In this document: piece after piece, positions 1 to 9,886 of the stretch
Numbering within the stretch: the first letter of the stretch is position 1
How the letters are laid out: every line of letters begins with the position of its first letter
DNA from: Spirochaetaceae bacterium
GTDB taxonomy: Bacteria; Spirochaetota; Spirochaetia; SZUA-6; Fen-1364
Assembly (NCBI GenBank): GCA_003170115.1
Contig: PMZS01000372.1
Coordinates: 1-41,439, forward strand
Reading direction: 5' to 3'
Length of the DNA stretch: 41,439 bases
Position numbers and translations under genes: made by a program
Notes under the pieces: generated by a model
Seen by the model: only the letters and a program-made list of their open reading frames with translations
Told to the model about the DNA's origin: nothing
The model's database searches: none

Positions 1-127
1 GTGAAGGGGCTTGTGATTTTCGCCGCGATTACCCTTGACATCTTAAGAGCGGGAAAGCAGCGACGTACGACGTAGAAAAGGACCATGCCCGTAGCGGCGT
101 GGCCTAAGTATTTCACAGGGGGTGGGT

Positions 128-1201
128 ATGAAAAGGTTCAGAGGGAAGGTTGGGATGGCGCTGGCGTGCGTCTTGCTCGTCCTCTCGAGCACCGCATTCG
201 CGCAGGCAGCGAAGATCGCCGGTCTCGCTGTGAAGAAGGATGGCAGCCCTTACATGCTTGGGGTTGTCGCGAATGAGATGCGAAGCGGATGGATGACGGC
301 ATGGATCGGGTACTCGAAGAACCTCTGGGAACGCATGGGGGGAAGGTTCAACTTTTTCGTCTCAGAGTATAACATGGACGTCGAGCTCGCACAGATGACC
401 GATCTCATGCAGCTCAAGCCGGATTGCATCTTCGTCCATCCAAGCGACAGCCACGCTATCGTGCCGGCGGTAGACAAGGCGCGGGCCGCCGGGTATCCCG
501 TCATCGCCGTTGATGTCGGCGTGACCGGCACACCGGTGGATGGGTTCGTCCACATCAACCAGCAAGACATGGGCAAAGGGGACGCTCAGTACGTTGAGAA
601 GGCGTTTTCCGCTTCGAACCCCGCGGTTGTCCTTGAGCTGTGCGGAGGATTGGAGCAGGATATCGCCATCGAGAGGAGAGACGGTTTCGACAACGAAGTG
701 AAGAACGTTCCCTACATCAAGATCGTCCAGGAGATCGACACGAAATGGTCGGCCGATACAGCGATGCAGTCCGTCCAGGACGCTCTGGAACGCGATCCGA
801 CCATCAACTGCATCTACGGCCATTCGGACTTCTTTGTTCAGGGAATCCTTCAAGGGTTGAAGTTGAAGAACAAGCTTATCCCTGCCGGCCAAAAGGGGCA
901 TATCGTCGTCTTGTCCATTGACGGTGATCCGACGGGATTGAAAGGCATCCGGGATGGCTTTATCGACGCGGACGCCGAGAATAACCCCGTCCTTTTCGCG
1001 GCGGTGGCAGTCAACATGGCCATCGCCAAAGTTCATGGACTGGATATACCCTCCGAGATTGTCCTGAGCCCAGCGGTGATCACCAAGGCTACTGTCAGTG
1101 CCCCGGAACGCTGGGGACTTCTGCCAAGCGGTCAGTTCGAAAAATGGCCCGTGTTGGACCAGAGTTTCTTCAAGATTCCGGCCTCGTTATTGAAGAAGTA
1201 G
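128..1201 (+). CDS. Periplasmic sugar-binding protein (type-1 periplasmic binding fold, ABC transporter substrate-binding component)
   Basis: ORF 122..1201. ATG at 128 gives the Sec-type signal peptide MKRFRGKVGMALACVLLVLSSTAFAQA. The rest resembles ribose/monosaccharide-binding proteins (PDCIFVHPSDSHAIVPAVDKARAAGYPVIAVD). No adjacent permease or ATPase. Confidence 0.8.
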   Translation: MKRFRGKVGMALACVLLVLSSTAFAQAAKIAGLAVKKDGSPYMLGVVANEMRSGWMTAWIGYSKNLWERMGGRFNFFVSEYNMDVELAQMTDLMQLKPDCIFVHPSDSHAIVPAVDKARAAGYPVIAVDVGVTGTPVDGFVHINQQDMGKGDAQYVEKAFSASNPAVVLELCGGLEQDIAIERRDGFDNEVKNVPYIKIVQEIDTKWSADTAMQSVQDALERDPTINCIYGHSDFFVQGILQGLKLKNKLIPAGQKGHIVVLSIDGDPTGLKGIRDGFIDADAENNPVLFAAVAVNMAIAKVHGLDIPSEIVLSPAVITKATVSAPERWGLLPSGQFEKWPVLDQSFFKIPASLLKK

Positions 1202-1222
1202 CGTAGGAAAGGGTCTCGATAT

Positions 1223-1262
1223 ATGGCATGGCATCGTGATTGCGCTGCCATGCCATTTTTTG
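1223..1262 (+). terminator. Rho-independent terminator after the first binding-protein gene
   Basis: Perfect 11-bp stem atggcatggca (1223-1233) / tgccatgccat (1246-1256), a 12-nt loop, then a run of T to 1261. Confidence 0.75.
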
Positions 1263-1296
1263 TTGAAACCCCATGAGGGGTGAATAGGAAGGTCGA

Positions 1297-2100
1297 ATGA
1301 GCCTTATCACTGACCTCAGCGAAAAAACAGCTGTGGTGACCGGAGCCAGTAGTGGCATGGGTGAGAGAATCGCACACATGCTTGGGTCTGCAGGTGCGAC
1401 GGTCTTTGCGGTCGCTCGCACCAAGGAAAAACTCGAGATGGCCTGTCACGAGGTGGTTCGAGCTGGGGGAAAGGCCTACCCGGTTGCTTTGGACGTATCC
1501 CTCCCCGAGAGTGCTGTTGCACTAAGGCAAGAGATCGGGAAAGTGTCCGATTCGCTCGACATCGTGATCAACTGCGCTGCGATTACCATCAAACGCGAAA
1601 TCGTCGACCTTGCTGATGAAGAATGGGACGAGGTCATCAATATAAACGCCAAATCCGTGTTTCTTATGGCGAAATACCTTGGACCTGTTTTGTTCCGAAG
1701 GAACGCCAATCGGGGAAACGGCAAGTTTCTTACCTTCGGATCAGTGGGATCTTTCCTCGGAATTCCGCTATCTGGAGTCTACTGCGCATCAAAAGGAGCT
1801 GTCGTACAGCTGACTAGGACTCTCGCTGTCGAATGGGCGCGACACCTGGTGAATGTAAACGCGATCTGCCCCGGGTATATCGAGACGCCGCTCTCCTCCT
1901 CGGTGCTCAAGATTGGACAGACCTACCAGAAAGTGATAGAGCGAATACCCATGCGATCGATAGGGAACGTAGACGATGTCGCTGAGCTGCTGATGTTTCT
2001 CGTCTCGCAGAGATCGAACTACATTACTGGCGCAACAATCAACATTGATGGCGGTCTGTTGTCTGCTGCCTATACCATGGAGGTTGAAAAAGGAGGGTAG
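1297..2100 (+). CDS. Short-chain dehydrogenase/reductase (SDR) family oxidoreductase
   Basis: TGASSGMGERIA cofactor motif and YCASKGAV catalytic YxxxK. AGGAAGG upstream of the ATG. Confidence 0.9.
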   Translation: MSLITDLSEKTAVVTGASSGMGERIAHMLGSAGATVFAVARTKEKLEMACHEVVRAGGKAYPVALDVSLPESAVALRQEIGKVSDSLDIVINCAAITIKREIVDLADEEWDEVININAKSVFLMAKYLGPVLFRRNANRGNGKFLTFGSVGSFLGIPLSGVYCASKGAVVQLTRTLAVEWARHLVNVNAICPGYIETPLSSSVLKIGQTYQKVIERIPMRSIGNVDDVAELLMFLVSQRSNYITGATINIDGGLLSAAYTMEVEKGG

Positions 2101-2105
2101 GTCTG

Positions 2106-2891
2106 ATGGAGTTGAAAGACAAGATCTGTGTCATCACTGGTGGCACGTCGGGTATCGGTCGCGCGACTGTCATCCGATTTGTCGAAGAAGGAGCACGGGT
2201 TGTCTTCTGCGGGACAAATCCGGGCAAGGCCAAGAAGGTGATGGGGGAGATCAAGGCATTGTCCGGACGAGGAGCGGCGAGTTTCTTTCCCTGCGACGTC
2301 AGCAATGATTCACAAGTCAGGGAAATGACCTCGTTTACAAAGAAAAAGTACGGGCCGTGCGAGGTGCTGTTTAACAACGCGGGGATCCACGTATCGGGAG
2401 CACTCCATGAGACTTCTGCTGCCGACTGGGACAGGATAATGAACATCGACCTGCGAGGGGTCTACCTCGTGTGTTACCATTTCCTCCCGCACATGCTGGA
2501 GGCCAAGTATGGAACGATCATCAATATGGCCTCTGTTTCGGGGGTGCTCGCGGACACGAGCATGGCGGCATACAACGCCGCAAAGGGAGCAATCGTAAAT
2601 CTCACAAGATCGATGGCACTTGACTATGCCCCCATGAACATCCGCGTCAATGCGGTCTGCCCGGGCGCAATCAGGACGGACATACTCGAAAACACTTTCG
2701 CTCGCGTGCCCGGCAGCGAGAAGAAATTTATTTCCGCCTATCCAACGCACTCGATCGCTGATCCGATTGAAGTGGCGAACGTCTGCGTCTTTCTGGCGTC
2801 GCGGAAAGCCGATTTCATCAATGGTGCGATGATCATGATCGACGGCGGAATAACCGCCCATACCGGCCAGCCATTTATGGGGAAATACTGA
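2106..2891 (+). CDS. SDR family oxidoreductase
   Basis: TGGTSGIGRAT motif, NNAGI, YNAAKGAI catalytic motif. Starts 5 nt after the previous stop. Confidence 0.9.
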   Translation: MELKDKICVITGGTSGIGRATVIRFVEEGARVVFCGTNPGKAKKVMGEIKALSGRGAASFFPCDVSNDSQVREMTSFTKKKYGPCEVLFNNAGIHVSGALHETSAADWDRIMNIDLRGVYLVCYHFLPHMLEAKYGTIINMASVSGVLADTSMAAYNAAKGAIVNLTRSMALDYAPMNIRVNAVCPGAIRTDILENTFARVPGSEKKFISAYPTHSIADPIEVANVCVFLASRKADFINGAMIMIDGGITAHTGQPFMGKY

Positions 2892-2920
2892 CGCTGCTCA
2901 AGTGGCAGGAGAATCGCCTG

Positions 2921-3676
2921 ATGGAAAACAACTCTTTGTTCTCGAGAAAAGTCATTATTGTAACTGGGGCGGCCAGTGGCATCGGACGACAGATCGCGCG
3001 GTCATTTCATTCATGCAGCGGCACGATCATTGGTTGCGACAGGGATGCGCAAGGTCTGGAAACAGCGATGGGCGAAATGAGGGCACGCGGAGGGGAATGT
3101 CACGCACGTGTGCTGGACTTAAGAGATGCCATGGCTGTGAATGCGCTCGCCGATGAGGTCTTCAGGACCTTCGGTCGAATCGACATCCTCGTCAACTGCG
3201 CGGGTATCTGCAGCGGCACGAGTATCGCGGACATGACAGAGGATGAATGGGATACGACACTTGCAGTGAATCTCAAGGGATTGTTCTTCCTCTCGAGAGC
3301 AGTCGCGCGGGTTTTGATTCTCCAGAAAAGCGGACGGATCATCAATATCAGCTCACTCGCTGGTTTTACCGGTGGGATCATGAGCAACGCCGCCTATTCT
3401 GCATCCAAGGCCGCCGTGACTTGTACCACGAAGAACTTCGCGAAATACCTGGCCTCCTATAATGTAACGGTCAACGAGGTAGCGCCCGGCACGGCCCAGA
3501 CTTTGATGTCAGAAGCGTTTCTCGGGGACCGGCTCTACGACTTTGTGGGAAAAATCCCTTTGGGGAGACTGTGCCAACCCAGCGATGTCGCCGCTGCCGT
3601 CCTTTTTCTCGCATCTGACTCGGCCGCGTTCATCACCGGTCAAACTCTCCATGTCGATGGCGGGATGTACACGTGA
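2921..3676 (+). CDS. SDR family oxidoreductase (3-oxoacyl reductase-like)
   Basis: TGAASGIGRQIA, NCAGI and YSASKAAV motifs. AGGAGA precedes the ATG. Confidence 0.9.
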   Translation: MENNSLFSRKVIIVTGAASGIGRQIARSFHSCSGTIIGCDRDAQGLETAMGEMRARGGECHARVLDLRDAMAVNALADEVFRTFGRIDILVNCAGICSGTSIADMTEDEWDTTLAVNLKGLFFLSRAVARVLILQKSGRIINISSLAGFTGGIMSNAAYSASKAAVTCTTKNFAKYLASYNVTVNEVAPGTAQTLMSEAFLGDRLYDFVGKIPLGRLCQPSDVAAAVLFLASDSAAFITGQTLHVDGGMYT

Positions 3677-3719
3677 TAGTCATCGATGGTCCGTGCGATG
3701 AGGAATATGCACCCCCGGG

Positions 3720-4886
3720 CTATCTTGAGCGCTTATTCCAGTCTGCGTTGCGATACATATTCAAGCCAGGATCTAGAATAACACCGTCCTTCATTTGTGG
3801 CTGTTGGTGCTCCAGGCCTTCATAGTCAAGTTCGACGCCCCAACCGAAACCTGTCGGGAGCAGGAAAAAGCCGTCAACGACGTTTGGATAAGGCGTACCC
3901 AGGGCCTTGATGGACTCGTCTGTGAAATCGTTGAAGTGCTCAAGCATCTTCGCATTTCTAAGAGTGGTCATCAGGTGAATGCCCGCCGTTGTGGCGATGA
4001 TACCCCCGACATTGTGCAAGGCCACCATCATCGAATGTGTTTCGGCAAACGAGCATATCTTCTTCACCTCGAGAACTCCCCCGCACTGGGAAATATCCGG
4101 CTGAATAATGTGTGCCAGCCTGCCGGCAAACAATTCGTTGTAGGCCGATGCGCTGTAGAGGCGCTCTCCTGTGGCGATGGGGATGCTCGTGTGGTCCATA
4201 ACATAGCGTAAGGCCGCGACATCCGTCGGCCTGCACGGCTCCTCGATCCAGCCGGGCGAGAAGTGTTCAATCGCTTTGGCAATTTGAACCGCTTGATGGG
4301 GGGCAAATCGACCATGCATTTCTATGAAGAGTTCCGCTTTGCCTTGAATCGCTGCATGAACCGCTTCGATAAGCTGTATGGATTGCAGGAATTCTTCTCG
4401 GGATAATTCAAGGTTGCCATTGCCGAAGGGGTCAAATTTGAGAGCCCGGTATCCCTTGGCGATCACTGCCTTTGCCGCGGCATGAAAGGCATCCGGGATG
4501 CGCTCAACTCGATACCAGCCATTCGCGTAAGCGCGGACCCGGTGATTTACCTCGCCACCAAGGAGCTTATAGACTGGAAGGCGAGCCTTCTTGCCGATGC
4601 AGTCCCAACATGCCATCTCTATCAAGGAAAGACCGGTCATGACAACCTGGCCCGGAGCACCAAAATCGAAAAGAGTGAGCTTCTGATAAAGGCTTTCGAT
4701 ATCATAGACCTCGCAGCCAATGATATGGTGGCGAATATCTTTTAAATATTCCCGAACGGTGTGAGTCTTGCCAACTATGTGAGCCTCTCCGTACCCAAGG
4801 ATGCCCTCGCTCGTTTCGAGGATGAGATACGTCAGGTTTCTCCACCCCGTTGAGACGGTAAAGCAGCGATAATCCGTGATTTTCAT
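3720..4886 (-). CDS. Enolase-superfamily enzyme (mandelate racemase/muconate lactonizing family; probable sugar-acid dehydratase)
   Basis: Within ORF 3720..5165. The recognisable protein starts at MKITDYRCFTV (ATG 4886-4884), preceded by GGGGAG. Family hallmarks: KFDPFG, FIEMHGRF, WIEEP, IATGER, IIQPDISQCGG. The 93-codon upstream extension is Arg-rich and not protein-like. Confidence 0.85.
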   Translation of the reverse strand: MKITDYRCFTVSTGWRNLTYLILETSEGILGYGEAHIVGKTHTVREYLKDIRHHIIGCEVYDIESLYQKLTLFDFGAPGQVVMTGLSLIEMACWDCIGKKARLPVYKLLGGEVNHRVRAYANGWYRVERIPDAFHAAAKAVIAKGYRALKFDPFGNGNLELSREEFLQSIQLIEAVHAAIQGKAELFIEMHGRFAPHQAVQIAKAIEHFSPGWIEEPCRPTDVAALRYVMDHTSIPIATGERLYSASAYNELFAGRLAHIIQPDISQCGGVLEVKKICSFAETHSMMVALHNVGGIIATTAGIHLMTTLRNAKMLEHFNDFTDESIKALGTPYPNVVDGFFLLPTGFGWGVELDYEGLEHQQPQMKDGVILDPGLNMYRNADWNKRSR

Positions 4887-4969
4887 CGGAGCTCCCCTTT
4901 CATTCAATAGACAGGAGCGGCCTCCTTGAGAACGTCGTCGTCCATGATATTGCCAAGGATTCCCCGTCG

Positions 4970-5857
4970 TTAGAGGACTCCAGCCAGCTCGAGCGATTGA
5001 TGGATTGCTGACACTTCTTCTTTGGACGCGGCCAGGAATGGCTCGCGCGGGAACGCATCGACGATTCCGCGTATTCTGGCCATTGCGTAGATTGCAAGCT
5101 GAGTTGATTGGGCCAGATACATGATATCTCTGATTTTGTTGACGAGGAACTGCGTCTGCCTGCACTGTGCAAAATCGTTGTTCATACCCTCACGCCACAT
5201 CTTCACGCAAAGCTCGGGGAAAACGTTTCCGATGCCGGGGATATATGCCTGGCATCCGAGAACACAGGCAGAGAGCCACATTGATTCTGTTCCCAGGACG
5301 ACATCGAAAGAATCCGAGGCCAGCAGACGCATGTAATTTGCCAGGGTGAGGATATTGAACGTGGCATCTTTGATGCCATGTATTCCCATTTCTTTCAATT
5401 TCGACATAGTTGACAAGGTGAAATCGTAGCCCTGAAATTTGGGATTGTTATACACATACACGGGAAACTCCTGTCCAACCGCTTTGAGGATCCCCGAATA
5501 GAATGCGAGGAGAGTGTCCTGTGTATGATGGAAATAGTAAGGTCCCACCGCCGCTATCGCCGCGCAACCGACGCTCTTCGCATGCAGGGAAAGCTCGACG
5601 GTGTCGCGGTTGTTTGTCGTTCCCGTATGAACGATGATGGGGATTTTCCCGCCCACGATGCGCTTCGTGATTTCCGCGACCTTCTTTCGCTCCTCGACGG
5701 ACATCATCGGGCCACTGCCGTAGGACCCGCAGATGAACAACCCCTGGACACGGGTCGAAAGGAACTGGACGAGCTTTTCCAGCGCACGCACATCCAAATC
5801 CCCCTTTTCGTCGAAGGGGGTGATCATCGGAGGGATAACGCCCTGCAACTTGAACAC
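4970..5857 (-). CDS. DHDPS/N-acetylneuraminate-lyase family class I aldolase (probable 2-keto-3-deoxy-sugar-acid aldolase)
   Basis: VIPPMITPFDEKGDLD, ICGSYGSGPMMSVEERKKV and the GIKDAT Schiff-base lysine region. GTG start at 5857 lies 6 nt downstream of a perfect AGGAGG (complement of 5864-5869). Stop is TAA. Confidence 0.85.
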   Translation of the reverse strand: MFKLQGVIPPMITPFDEKGDLDVRALEKLVQFLSTRVQGLFICGSYGSGPMMSVEERKKVAEITKRIVGGKIPIIVHTGTTNNRDTVELSLHAKSVGCAAIAAVGPYYFHHTQDTLLAFYSGILKAVGQEFPVYVYNNPKFQGYDFTLSTMSKLKEMGIHGIKDATFNILTLANYMRLLASDSFDVVLGTESMWLSACVLGCQAYIPGIGNVFPELCVKMWREGMNNDFAQCRQTQFLVNKIRDIMYLAQSTQLAIYAMARIRGIVDAFPREPFLAASKEEVSAIHQSLELAGVL

Positions 5858-5958
5858 CTGCTACCTCCTTCTGCTACGCTCTGGGATACCTGGTGTCTTT
5901 GAGCATGCCCTTCTCTGCGATCCTTTCCGCATGCGTGCAGTTGATTCCAGACGACCGC

Positions 5959-6831
5959 TCATGTCTTGTACTGGAAAAGTGCCTGCCGGGTCTTCTTGAG
6001 GTGCTCCAGTGCGCGATCGCCCATGGCCAGGATCAGGACGCTGAACAGAGAGTCAACAATCGTCAGTTGCACGATGCGCGAGGTCATGGCGTCGGTGCGA
6101 TAGTTGGTTTCATCCGAGAGGGTCACCAGCTTGATGTGGGCCAGTCTGCCGAGTGTGGATTGCTCATAGCCGGTGATGGCGATAATGGGCACGCTGCCGT
6201 GAAGCTTTTCCAGCGGAAGCGTGATGTCTTTTGTCTCACCCGAATGCGAAATCGCGAAGATGATGTCGCCCGGCTGCAGTTGCGCCAGAAGGGTCGCATT
6301 CACATGGGAATCAGAGGAGAAGTGGCAGTTGAACCCCAGATCTGTGAAGCGAAAAAAGGCATACGAAGCGATGGACGCTGAGGTGGCATATCCAAGGAAG
6401 ACGATTCTCTTTGCGGAGAGCACCAGGTCACGGGCCTTTGTGTATCGTTCGGTGGAGCTAGTCTTCAGATTGGCCTGCAGGGTGAGGGCGGCACCATGGA
6501 AGATCTTGTAAATCACGGTTTCCACGCTGTCATCAACGGTCACATCCTCGTAGGTATGGTAGAAAGCACGGCCCGCAGTCTCCTGAGCAAGGGTCACCTT
6601 GAAATCGTGATAACCGGATAATCCAAGCATTCTGTAGAAGCGAACGATCGAGGCTTCACTCTTCACCCCGATTTCCAGCGCCAATTGGCTGATGGATTTG
6701 CGGATAGGGGCCTCTGGGGACTTCAGGAGGAATTCCGCAATTTTCCTCTGCTGCGGCGTCATTTCACCCATTTTGGACTTTATGCGGGTTACTATCGGGA
6801 TATCTGATGGTTTGTAGGTTTGATCGTTCAT
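5959..6831 (-). CDS. RpiR/MurR family transcriptional regulator (HTH + SIS domain)
   Basis: N-terminal HTH_6-like QRKIAEFLLKSPEAPIRKSISQLALEIGVKSEASIVRFYRMLGLSGYHDFK. C-terminal SIS-like IFAISHSGETKD. Confidence 0.9.
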   Translation of the reverse strand: MNDQTYKPSDIPIVTRIKSKMGEMTPQQRKIAEFLLKSPEAPIRKSISQLALEIGVKSEASIVRFYRMLGLSGYHDFKVTLAQETAGRAFYHTYEDVTVDDSVETVIYKIFHGAALTLQANLKTSSTERYTKARDLVLSAKRIVFLGYATSASIASYAFFRFTDLGFNCHFSSDSHVNATLLAQLQPGDIIFAISHSGETKDITLPLEKLHGSVPIIAITGYEQSTLGRLAHIKLVTLSDETNYRTDAMTSRIVQLTIVDSLFSVLILAMGDRALEHLKKTRQALFQYKT

Positions 6832-6905
6832 TTCGATTGGGAGTATAGGAAATTTCCAAATACCAAGTCAAGAAAAAAATTTGCACCAATTATTCGATAT
6901 ATTGC

Positions 6906-6934
6906 TTGACAAGTTGGTATTTATGGAGATAATG
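6906..6934 (+). promoter_or_regulatory. Candidate sigma-70 promoter for the ABC transporter operon
   Basis: TTGACA (6906-6911), 16-17 nt spacer, GATAAT/ATAATG (6928-6934), inside an AT-rich 420-nt divergent intergenic region. It would give a leader of about 310 nt. Confidence 0.35.
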
Positions 6935-7253
6935 TCTGCTAAATGAAAAAATATTCCTATATTGAATGGAAGGGGAGCAAAAGAAACTTGGCCCTGTAAG
7001 AATTCGACGGTTGGAAAAAATACTTAACCCCTTCCAAGAGAAGCTGAGAAAAGGCTGAAAATGGAAGATATAAACGTTTCGCTGCTGCAGGCAATAATAA
7101 GAAGTCATCGCGGCGCCAAAGGGGGCGTGGATGAATGAATCGCGCGCAGTTTTGGGGAAATTGCGTTTTGCCCGGCGCGGAAGCGCCTTCCCCACAAATT
7201 GGCGGAAACCGTCCTCGTTGAGGGCGGAGTAAAATTCTCGGAAGGAGAAGTCT

Positions 7254-8288
7254 ATGGGCAAGAGAATCTTTCTGATCCTTATGATCCTGCTCCTGGCGGG
7301 ATCAATGGCGATGGCTTCTGGAGGCGGGGAGAAAGCCAAGAAGACCAGCGGGTTCGTGATTGGTCTGAGCGACTTCAGCCTTGGCAACTCCTGGCGGGTC
7401 CAGATGGTGGCGGAGGCCAAGTATGCCGCCTCCCAGAAAAAGGACATGGTGAAGGAGTTGATCGTCACCGAGGCGGACAACTCTGTCGAAAAACAGATCG
7501 CTGACATCGAAGATCTGATCTCCAAGAAGGTGGACGCAATCCTCGTTACCGCCGCAAACCCCAAGGCGCTTGTCCCCGTGGTGGACAAGGCGATGAAGGC
7601 GGGCATCGTCGTCGTTGACTTCGACAACCTTGTAGACACCAACAATATCACCGCCCACGTCGACGTTAATCAGAAGGAGTTCGGAAAGGTGCAGGGCGAG
7701 TGGCTGGTGAAAGCCCTGAAAGAGAAAGGCAACATAATCGCCTTCAACGGCATGAAGGGAACGACAATCTCCGCTCTGCGTTTCGAAGGCGCCAAGAGCG
7801 TTTTCGACCAATACCCCAATATCAAGATTGTCCAGGAAGTGTACGCAGACTGGGATTATGCAAAGGCGAAAAGGGCCATGGAAGACCTTCTGGCCGCTTA
7901 CCCCAAGATCGACGGCTTCTGGTCCCAGGGCGGCGCGATGTCCCAAGGGATAATCGAAGCCTACATGGAGAAGGGCATGGACCCGCCGCCCGTCACCGGC
8001 GAGGACGGCAATGGCTTCCTGAAGATCTGGAAAAAGATCAAAGATTCGGGGAAATACCCAGGCTTCGACTCCATTGCAACAAGCATGCCGACCTGGTGCA
8101 GCGCGAAGGCCATGGATGTCGCCCTCGACGCCTTGACCGGCAAGACGGTCCAGAAATACAACTTGATTCCCATCCCGACCATCACCGCGGAAACGCTGGA
8201 CAAGTACGTCAAGCCGGATCTCCCGGACAGCTACTGGTGCAACTCGCAGCTTCCCGCAGACATTGTAATGAAGATTTTCACTCGATAG
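7254..8288 (+). CDS. ABC transporter periplasmic sugar-binding protein
   Basis: Signal peptide/lipobox-like N-terminus MGKRIFLILMILLLAGSMAMASGG. Type-1 PBP-like sequence (VDAILVTAANPKALVPVVDKAMKAGIVVVDFD). GGAAGGAG before the ATG. First gene of the SBP-ATPase-permease-permease unit. Confidence 0.85.
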   Translation: MGKRIFLILMILLLAGSMAMASGGGEKAKKTSGFVIGLSDFSLGNSWRVQMVAEAKYAASQKKDMVKELIVTEADNSVEKQIADIEDLISKKVDAILVTAANPKALVPVVDKAMKAGIVVVDFDNLVDTNNITAHVDVNQKEFGKVQGEWLVKALKEKGNIIAFNGMKGTTISALRFEGAKSVFDQYPNIKIVQEVYADWDYAKAKRAMEDLLAAYPKIDGFWSQGGAMSQGIIEAYMEKGMDPPPVTGEDGNGFLKIWKKIKDSGKYPGFDSIATSMPTWCSAKAMDVALDALTGKTVQKYNLIPIPTITAETLDKYVKPDLPDSYWCNSQLPADIVMKIFTR

Positions 8289-8353
8289 ACTCATCAGAAC
8301 AGCATTTGGGGGGGAGACCGCGAATCCCCCCACTTTTTTGATTGGAGCGCGAA

Positions 8354-9886
8354 ATGGCAGACCATTCCTCCTCCATCCTGATGGAAATGCAGGGCATCGT
8401 GAAGACCTTCCACGGGACACGTGCCGTTGACGGCGTGGATTTTTCGTGTTCACGCGGGGAAATTCATGGCCTGGTCGGAGAGAATGGAGCCGGAAAAAGC
8501 ACTCTCATGAAGGTTCTGGCCGGCATCCACTCCGCTGATGCCGGGAAAATCTTCCTGCACGGCATCGAACGCAGATTTGGGGGCTATTCCGACGCGAGGA
8601 AAGCTGGGATTGGCATCGTCTACCAAGAGCTCTCGCTGCTTCCCGAGTTGACTGTTGCCGAGAACATCGTCATGGGCGCATGGCCACGCAATCCGGGTGG
8701 ATTGCTGAATTGGGATAAAACCCGGACGCTCAGCGGAACCATCCTCAGGGGAATCGGCGTCGAGATCGATCCGGACACTCTGGTTGGATCTCTGCCAATG
8801 GCTCTGCGGCAGATGGTGGAGATCAGCAAGGTGCTTTCCAAGGAATCCGAGCTGATCGTCTTCGACGAGCCGACCGCTCCCCTCTCTCGAGACGAAGTCA
8901 GCATCCTGTTCAACATATTCCGCGACCTGAAACGCCGGGGCAAGGGGATCGTCTTTATCTCCCACAGGCTCGACGAGGTGCTTGCAATTTCAGACCGGAT
9001 CACCGTGATGAAAGACGGCCGCACTGTAGTTACGGATTCGGCAGCTTCTTTCAGCGAAGAGAAGCTGATCGCTTCCATGGTGGGTCGAGAGTTCTCTGAG
9101 ATCTTCCCCGCGAAAAAGGGGAGCAGCAAGGACGCGCCGGTGCTCTTCTCCTTTGACGGCATTCTTCACATGTCGAATAAGCGTGTCGCTTTTTCTGTTC
9201 AGGAAGGAGAGGTGCTCGGATTCGGCGGGCTGCAGGGGCAGGGCCAGATTGAGCTCCTCCAGTCGATTTTCGGCCTTGGGGGATGCGAGAGCCTGAGTCT
9301 GCAGATCTTGGGCACGCGGGTGGCGGTGAAGAACCCGATCCATGCCATGAGGCATGGGATCGCTCTGGTTCCCGAGAACCGCAACGAGGAGGGCGTATTT
9401 CCCATTCTTTCCGTGCTGGAGAACCTGTCCGCGCCCACGGTCGACCACCGCAAAAGGCTGGGCTTCATACGGAGGCTGGAGGAGCACAGCGTCGTGCGCG
9501 ACATGGTGGACCGCCTGTCCATCCGCATTTCCTCCCAGCGCCAGCAGGCGCAATCGCTGAGCGGTGGGAACATGCAGAAACTCGTGATTGGTAAATGGCT
9601 GATCTTTGATCCCCATGTTATCGTCCTGCTCGAACCCACGAAAGGCGTCGATGTCGCAACGAAGCAGCAAATCTACAGGCTGATCCGCGAGCTTGCCGAA
9701 CGCGGAGTGGCGGTGATCGTCAACACGAGCGACATGCTCGAATTGATCGGCGTCTGCGACCGCGTGCTCGTCATGAATCGCGGCATGCTCACGGGATGCC
9801 TGGAAGGATCGGCGATCACCGAGGAGAGCATCATGAAAGCCTCGGTCAGCGACAGGGATCTTGTGAACGCAGGGGAATGCGTATGA
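8354..9886 (+). CDS. Sugar ABC transporter ATP-binding protein (duplicated ATPase, RbsA/MglA-like)
   Basis: Walker A GENGAGKST, signature LSGGNMQK, Walker B LLEPTKGVD. The second half has the degenerate P-loop typical of this family. ATG 8354 (GGAG 6 nt upstream) preferred over TTG 8342. Confidence 0.9.
   Translation: MADHSSSILMEMQGIVKTFHGTRAVDGVDFSCSRGEIHGLVGENGAGKSTLMKVLAGIHSADAGKIFLHGIERRFGGYSDARKAGIGIVYQELSLLPELTVAENIVMGAWPRNPGGLLNWDKTRTLSGTILRGIGVEIDPDTLVGSLPMALRQMVEISKVLSKESELIVFDEPTAPLSRDEVSILFNIFRDLKRRGKGIVFISHRLDEVLAISDRITVMKDGRTVVTDSAASFSEEKLIASMVGREFSEIFPAKKGSSKDAPVLFSFDGILHMSNKRVAFSVQEGEVLGFGGLQGQGQIELLQSIFGLGGCESLSLQILGTRVAVKNPIHAMRHGIALVPENRNEEGVFPILSVLENLSAPTVDHRKRLGFIRRLEEHSVVRDMVDRLSIRISSQRQQAQSLSGGNMQKLVIGKWLIFDPHVIVLLEPTKGVDVATKQQIYRLIRELAERGVAVIVNTSDMLELIGVCDRVLVMNRGMLTGCLEGSAITEESIMKASVSDRDLVNAGECV

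Noticed and set aside
4887-5165. 93-codon N-terminal extension of the enolase-superfamily ORF (3720..5165), overlapping the DHDPS-like gene.
   Set aside because: The extension is low-complexity (RRxxR-rich) and overlaps the 3' end of the neighbouring gene. A family-typical N-terminus (MKITDYRCF) with an SD begins at 4886.
7302-8453. Long antisense ORFs opposite well-supported genes (for example 7302..8453 -, 12730..13851 -, 14506..15516 -, 31841..33358 -, 29689..30828 +, 8990..9931 -).
   Set aside because: Their translations are Arg/Pro/Gly/His-rich with no recognisable motifs. They mirror genes with clear family signatures on the other strand. Such shadow ORFs are expected in GC-rich DNA.
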